NCBI GenBank assembly: GCA_977018835.1
Contig: OZ361256.1
Span: forward strand, 1,922,001-1,986,000
Reading direction: 5' to 3'
Source of the DNA: Minutocellus sp. GHC0000111
Taxonomy: Eukaryota
Length of the DNA: 64,000 bases
Part shown: in pieces, positions 57,732 through 64,000 of the stretch
Layout: every line of letters begins with the position of its first letter
Numbering within the stretch: position 1 is the stretch's first letter
Made by a program: the position numbers and the translations under genes
Notes under the pieces: model-generated
The model's database searches: none
What the model was told of the DNA's origin: nothing
Seen by the model: the letters and a program-made list of their open reading frames with translations, nothing else

Positions 57732-60347
57732 TTACTGCATAATATCACCCCATCTGTCATCGTTATTCGGTGGCTTGACTGCATTATTTGCATCATCAAT
57801 GGGCGAGCTTGGTTCTTGCACTGGGACATTTCTCTTCTTTGGCGCTGCAGCTGCCTTTATAGGCGCTGCCTTGGTTGTCATTTGTCTTGCTACGACCTTC
57901 TTGGGCCGTTGTTGGGTCTGCGGGGGAGCTTGGTGTTGATTCTGATGCTGTGCCTTTACTTGTTCTTTGACGCCGGCAAAGTCAAATTCAGGTTTCTCGG
58001 TGTACCGACCACTTCCGCGTTGAAAGTGCAACGGGGCCAAACCCAATGTCCCGTCATATCGATTCTTCTTCACCTCGATGTACTTTCGTTTCCCGTCATT
58101 TTGTAGAATGAGGACGGTATCAGCTTCTTGTGTGGCTTTGGCGCTACCAAAGACGGAGGAAATGCCAAGTCGGACGCCCTCATCCTCCTTCCTTGGATGG
58201 CAAACCAAAGTCACATGAACGTTGTTCTCAGTGGCAAATTTACGAAACTTGGCAATCGCAATGTCTTGCATATCGAACTTATCGTAGGATGATCCACCAG
58301 CATAATCTCGAGAGATCATAAATTGCATGTTGTCCAATATCACATGTTCCACGTCGTGGACGTATGCAGCATATTTCATGGCCTCAATTACGGCATCGAT
58401 ATCGGCGCTGCCATGAAATCGTAGGAAATGAAGAGGGAGATCTTCAAAGCGATCGGCCAATGCCCGCAAGTCTTCGAGTTTGTCCGGCTGGCCCACCGGT
58501 AGTGGCTCCCGCGCATATTGCTGAAGTAGCTTTGACACAAGACGCGTGTTCTTAATCTCGAACGACCCCCAAAGTGTATTGACGCCCTGTTCGGCAAAGT
58601 CGAGCGATAGCTGTCCCAAAAACGTGGTCTTTCCACTGCCGGTTGGACCCGTAATCAATGTCATCTCACCTCGTCGGAAGCCCTTGATGATGGAGGTGAA
58701 AAGTGGCAAACTCGTGACGCCCACTCCTGTATACTTATCAGGGTTGACAATCTCATGCAGGATCTGCTCTCGAAAGTCCTCGAATCTCAAGAGCTCTTCG
58801 TGGGGCATAATCTCGGACCTGTTGATCATATCATCCAGGTCTAAACCCATTCGCAGCGCATCGTTGGCATCCTTGGGCGATCTTCCTTTCTTATCGACGT
58901 GCTCCGGCTTGGGACTGAAAATGAGACATCTCTTGGCACCCAGTTTGTTGGCGAACTTCTCAGCGCCCTCCCGTCCAGGGCCATCGTTGTCCATCCAAAG
59001 ATAAATGGTTTCAAAGCGTTCCAATAGCGGTAGTACTTCGAGAGGCAATGATCGGCAGCCATTCGGCAAACTGACCGCCGGTCGACCAGTGGCCTGATAG
59101 ACGGCCATCGCATCGTACTCGCCCTCGGTAACAACAATAGACGTAGCATCAGCGGGGACGGTGTGCCACCCAAATAATCCCCACCCCCCGCCAGGAGGAT
59201 CAAGTCGCTGATGACCCTTGTGGTTCAGAGATCTGGCCTTGATTCTTCTGGTCGTCCAGGGCCCACGTGCCTGCGAGAGGGGTGCATCACAATCGCCCTG
59301 ACCTTTTGCCTCCATAGCATCTTCACTTGGCCCCTCTTCTTCATTCTCTTCCTCCTCCTCATCTTCCTCTTCCTCATCCCAATCGAATCGGCCCGGCGGC
59401 TCTCTCAGCTCCTCCTGCTCATTGACTTCGCTGGCCCTCATGATCCAAGGGAACGTAACGCACTCCTCCCGCACATACCGCGCAGTGGAATTGGGATCGG
59501 AGCTGGGAAAGTTGTAGTATCCCCGTCCCACGCCATACTTGCGCAGAGTCTTGGTCGTTAGACCACGGGTTTGCGTCAGGTACGTCAGGGCCGCGTTGGT
59601 CTTGCCAGTATCGGCAGAATCAGGTGAGGATGGGGCAGATACATCCAAGAGGGAGGTGATGTACGCAGCGGCCAATCGCTGGGAGGGCATGGGAAGGCAG
59701 GTGCCGCCGCCACCGGTATCAGCAAGGCCCATCTGCTGATCTCGATGCATCCTTAACTGCTGGTACTGCTGACCACGTTGCGCCTGTGGCTGCTGCGCCC
59801 CATAATTCCCACTGCCATTAAAACGACCTCGGGCATCGACCACCTCGTACTGATCCCCACCGTTCTTCCCACCATTCAATCGCTTGCAAAAGTCGAACCA
59901 GCTGCCCTTGCTGCCGCATCGGTGGCAGTAGTACGCCCCACTGCCAGTGGCGACGTACAGCTTGTACATGTTATCGGGCTTTCCGCCAGTGGGCTTGGGA
60001 CAGAAGGGACATTCGGCCAGCATGACGTGGGTGGGAGTTTGGCGGTACGGTTCGACCGAGGAGGGACCATGGCCGTAGGAGGAGTGCAATATGTTGGACG
60101 ATTTGCATTGGTTGATGATGGTCTCGGGCGTCACGTTGAGGGAATGGTTGTGACGGGAGACAAAGACCTTGGTACGGACCTGGGTGTGCTGATGGTGACC
60201 AAAGACGCCGGCAAACCTTGCAGATGACTGCCACCTCTCCTCTTGGTTCACATCGCAACAGGCAGCGATGCCAACATTATTGCCAGCAACTCGTCGCAAT
60301 CGAGCTGTGGCGTGGGTGGCTCCAGCACCTCTGGCCAAACGGAGCAT
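57732..60347 (-). CDS. TWNK: Twinkle mitochondrial primase-helicase
   Basis: Mitochondrial-type presequence, CPFC..CHRC zinc finger, TOPRIM (TEGEYDAMA, WMDND), GPTGSGKTT, ILDNMQF, HPRKE and KNRYDG motifs. Confidence 0.95.
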   Translation of the reverse strand: MLRLARGAGATHATARLRRVAGNNVGIAACCDVNQEERWQSSARFAGVFGHHQHTQVRTKVFVSRHNHSLNVTPETIINQCKSSNILHSSYGHGPSSVEPYRQTPTHVMLAECPFCPKPTGGKPDNMYKLYVATGSGAYYCHRCGSKGSWFDFCKRLNGGKNGGDQYEVVDARGRFNGSGNYGAQQPQAQRGQQYQQLRMHRDQQMGLADTGGGGTCLPMPSQRLAAAYITSLLDVSAPSSPDSADTGKTNAALTYLTQTRGLTTKTLRKYGVGRGYYNFPSSDPNSTARYVREECVTFPWIMRASEVNEQEELREPPGRFDWDEEEEDEEEEENEEEGPSEDAMEAKGQGDCDAPLSQARGPWTTRRIKARSLNHKGHQRLDPPGGGWGLFGWHTVPADATSIVVTEGEYDAMAVYQATGRPAVSLPNGCRSLPLEVLPLLERFETIYLWMDNDGPGREGAEKFANKLGAKRCLIFSPKPEHVDKKGRSPKDANDALRMGLDLDDMINRSEIMPHEELLRFEDFREQILHEIVNPDKYTGVGVTSLPLFTSIIKGFRRGEMTLITGPTGSGKTTFLGQLSLDFAEQGVNTLWGSFEIKNTRLVSKLLQQYAREPLPVGQPDKLEDLRALADRFEDLPLHFLRFHGSADIDAVIEAMKYAAYVHDVEHVILDNMQFMISRDYAGGSSYDKFDMQDIAIAKFRKFATENNVHVTLVCHPRKEDEGVRLGISSVFGSAKATQEADTVLILQNDGKRKYIEVKKNRYDGTLGLAPLHFQRGSGRYTEKPEFDFAGVKEQVKAQHQNQHQAPPQTQQRPKKVVARQMTTKAAPIKAAAAPKKRNVPVQEPSSPIDDANNAVKPPNNDDRWGDIMQ

Positions 60348-60834
60348 GTGTCGTGCTCACTCTTCGTGGTTCCAAAGTCGGTACAAATCCAAAACAGAAA
60401 AGTGCCCAGCCGAGTGGGAAATGCACCTACCGTCCTTCAAGGCAATGGTCTCTAGCTAGGATTGGCGAGAGAACGAGCAGCAGTACCTCACCTGCTCTCG
60501 CACCCATGCAGCAAGCAACTCAAAATCATGTGTTGGGGCAGATGTGTTGGATTTTGCCGCCGTCGTGCGAGCCTGCCGGCCCAGAAAGAGCCAGCTGTTC
60601 GTGGCGATGCCGGCGTGCTGATTTCGAGGCGACGGAAAGACGAAAGCGAATGCAAGATGACGATGAGAATGCTTCGCATGATGAGAAAGATGATGCGTCG
60701 AGCCCCACTCGCGCGGCTAAGCCCCAGAAAGCAGACGCCGCAGCCCACAATGTTGGCCGGCACACAAGCGAATCAGCCAATAACTTGAGCTCACTTGATA
60801 GGTTTCACCTTCGAGACGCTGCGGAGAAAGAAGC

Positions 60835-62934
60835 ATGTCCATCCAACTGACCAGCGGGGCAGTCCGCAAACTTGAAGAACACGAAGAAAAACAATTCTAC
60901 ACTGGGGCTCCAGTCCTGCAGGTTATCGAGATCAAGGACGTGAAAGGTTACGGGGCAAATGGCTCCTACGTGCTCTCTCTGTCAGATGGAGTGCATTTTC
61001 TTCGGGCGACGTTGATTATTCCTCCTGATGCCAAACTTCAGCAGTTGTGCCACAGACTTCGCGAGAACTCAATCATTCGAGCGACACATTGTGTCAAATC
61101 CAGCGGCACGGTACCGGTAGAACACTCGATCGGGATTTTGCCGCCATTTGATCTCCTGGTTGTGAAGCACCCGGAGAAGATAGGAGACCCAACATATATT
61201 CGTGACTTCTTGCAGCGTTTGCGGGCGGCCCAAGCTTTCGAAGAAGAATCTACTTCATGTCCGAGACCTCATAATGACATGAATCAGAACGCAATGTGGA
61301 ATCGTATTGTTGCATCTTTTGTAGACGTATCAGGAAATGTTGATCTTGTTTCATTTCGTAAGTACTGGCATTCAGACGAGGCTCGGGTCGAACGTGGAGC
61401 GTTGCACCAGAAGAATTCTGCCCAGAGGAATTCTTTGAATGAACTCAACAGTGCAAAAGAAAGATATAATCAATGCCTCCAAAATTCGAAGTCTTTGCAC
61501 AAAGATCGTAACTTGAAACGACGGCAAATAGAGGTTCTACGCGCTGAAATCAAGTCGCGTACGAAATTCACGCAGCTACAAAACGATATTACACGTATTT
61601 CACAGGTCGAAGCAGAAATCACAACTTTGCATGCTCTTGAGGAACAGCTTGCCGCAGAACAAAAAACTGCCGACTATGACCGGACTTCTGCATGGAAGAT
61701 ATTGAAGTCGAAAAAACGGGCACATGAAGAAGCAGCAAATAATCCCAATCTTGGAGGAGAGACAGAGTTAGAAGAAGCGAAAGAATTTGAGATGGCTGAA
61801 CAAATTTTGCAGATCGTTGGACACCGGCGCAAGAAACTCTACATGTTTAAATCATCCGCCTCAAAATCTGTAATTCATGTGGTGCCATCAGACTTCGATC
61901 GCCGTTGCACTGGCGATTGCCCTATATGCCTGGGAAAATTGCCATCGTTCAATAAAGAAAAGCATGATTCTATTGCATTCATGCCTTGTTGTGGGTCATG
62001 GACTTGCATTACTTGCGTGCATGAACTCATTGGAACGGTGACACAAGAAACCCTTCATGGGACCCTTTTGTCTGCGTTGGAATATGATCCTACGGATAAA
62101 TATCGCTGCCCTCTGTGTCGTGATCTGCTGCCCTTCACGCCACAATCTGCTGGAATTGCACTGGTTTCTCAATCTGCCAAAGGTAATCCCCTTTGTCAAT
62201 ATGTACTCGCACATTTTCATCTTGGCTTTTATCGCAAAGGCCATCCGATTCTACCTCGACCTACTCCAGCTCTTTGAGTGAAATTTTTGCACGACGCAGC
62301 CGGCCGTAGATATCCACCTGCCTGTATTTTACTTGGAAATTTTCATCTCGAAGGTCTTGAGGAAGAGGGCAAAATGTTAATCGAACGCAGCGTCCCAAAA
62401 GCGCTCCAAATACTTCATAGTGTTGAGGATACTGGCGATCCACAGATATTGTCAATGTTAGCAGATGCATATCATCGTGAAGGGAACAAATACAAAAACT
62501 TGGTATACCTGAAGTCGGCCGCGGAGGCAGGCCACGCTGGAAGTGCAGGTAAGATCGGGATCATGTACCTCAGCGGTATGGGCAAGGACAAGATCCAACG
62601 AGACAAGGCGAAGAATTATCTCCGTCTAGCATTCGAGGAAGGCCATAGTTCCATCCGAGGCAAGTACGGTTTTTATCTTGCAAATCTTTATCGTGAAGAG
62701 GGAGAAGTCAATAGTTACATTGATTCGCTCGACGCAGCAGCCGCCTTCCATGCAGAGGCTTCGTATGTACTCGGTAGCTATTATCTGACCGGCAAATATG
62801 TTGAGCTTGGTCGCGAGAAAGCCCGATTCTATTTGAATCAGGCTGCAAATATGGGGCACTCTGTTGCAGCTGAAGTGACGGAATTGCGCGGCCTTTGCAA
62901 GGCTGCTGGAGCCATCACACTGCGTGACACTTGA
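60835..62934 (+). CDS. RPA1-N-like OB fold + coiled coil + RING finger + Sel1-like repeats; interrupted by in-frame TGA at 62275-62277
   Basis: MSIQLTSGAV..PVLQV..LSLSDG; CPIC..PCCG..CITC..CPLCR; Sel1-like A.Y.LG.YY..G..KA..YL..AA..GH. Confidence 0.65.
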
Positions 62935-63092
62935 ATACATACATTTGTCATACCAGGGGCTCATGGTCATACATGGTATTTTGTATAGTAACTCAAATAA
63001 TACTGTGCTTGTGTGAAAGTATCACTACTTATTTTAAGCAGCCATCCTCAAACGACAGCCGCATCCCTTGGACAGAATTTTCCTCTCCAATC

Positions 63093-63662
63093 TTACGTAT
63101 CGGCCGGGTCGGCACCATACTTGGCGGTCTTGACGCCGTCCTTGTCGATGACCTTGATGATGAAGTTGGGCTGAGCGATGAGGAAACGGGTCTGCAACTC
63201 CTTCATGCAGTGCTCAACGATGGCCACGGCCTCGTCCTCGGTAAGGCCCTCCTTCCAATCGCGGTCCATGATGGAAAGGCAGAAGTTGGAGGCGTAGCCC
63301 TGGCAGCCGTAGTTGACCTTCTGGAGGGAGGCGAGATAGTCCAAGAAGTACAGGGAACTGGACTCGGTGTCGACGTCGTATCCGCCGAGGAGAACATTGA
63401 CCTGATACGGACCACGGCGGAGGGCGGCGGCAAGCTCTCCGCGCATAAAGTTGGCCTGGGCGTGGGTGGAAAGCTTCATGCCGTCGTTGGACAGCTCGTA
63501 CAGAGCAATGTTCTTTTGGATGTACTCACTGAAGTTGACGAGGTCGGCGTTCGGGCCGGAAACACCCAGGGCCGAATGGCTCGACAACGGCACGACCTTG
63601 TCCAAATTCCTTTGGTACATGAGGATCGACCTGGCGTTGCCCTGATCGGCCGCTATGACGAC
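63093..63662 (-). CDS. PSMB2: proteasome subunit beta type-2 (beta4), 3' exon; 5' exon not resolved
   Basis: VIAAD..ARSIL, FSEYIQKNIALY, RGELAAALRRGPYQVNVLLGG, LYFLDYL and CMKELQTRF motifs. Confidence 0.93.
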   Translation of the reverse strand, partial: VVIAADQGNARSILMYQRNLDKVVPLSSHSALGVSGPNADLVNFSEYIQKNIALYELSNDGMKLSTHAQANFMRGELAAALRRGPYQVNVLLGGYDVDTESSSLYFLDYLASLQKVNYGCQGYASNFCLSIMDRDWKEGLTEDEAVAIVEHCMKELQTRFLIAQPNFIIKVIDKDGVKTAKYGADPADT

Positions 63663-64000
63663 TGTGTGTTGGTGTGGGCGGGGGGTTCAGAGGAGTGGAG
63701 TGGAATGAACAAAGCGTGAGAATACGGTGAAAATCAATCAATGCTGCACAAATAAACCCTGATCGGGCAGGGTCATCCTTCGGTCGGACACCCGAGCTTA
63801 GGGCAGACAGAGATATCATCCGAGCGGCAAACGCCGGAGGGGTCGGTCGGTCAGTCGGCGTCGGCCGGCCGCGGAGATACGCAGTGGTCGACGCGGTCGG
63901 CACATGTTGCGTCTTGCAGGATAACCACCGCGCGCAGTCCACCCTCCGCCTAAAAACAATCATTGCATGGCGAATGTAGTTGGCTTTTGTATGATGCCAC

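Overview
Gene-dense eukaryotic DNA, most likely a diatom (short GT-AG introns, signal-peptide/AF plastid presequences, diatom-type motifs). It holds about 24 host genes, including ITPK1, MsrA, leishmanolysin, NUF2, an M14 carboxypeptidase, a CRAL-TRIO protein, P4H, REXO4, a sulfotransferase, a LOTUS-repeat protein, MUS81, TTI1, EFG1, Twinkle and PSMB2. It also holds two decayed plant-mariner-like (DD38D/DD39D) Tc1/mariner elements, one with TIRs, a TA duplication and a convergent cargo ORF, plus a palindrome-rich MITE. Two sequence-level signals stand out. (1) Parts of both transposase genes are almost free of TpA and read His/Cys where Tyr would be expected, suggesting transposon-targeted TpA->TpG/CpA hypermutation (a 'reverse RIP'). 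(2) TA-x-x'-TA palindromes that look like Tc1/mariner excision footprints are strongly over-represented, nest into tracts and sit at frameshifts inside genes. Family calls come from motif recognition, not database searches, and all counts are by hand.
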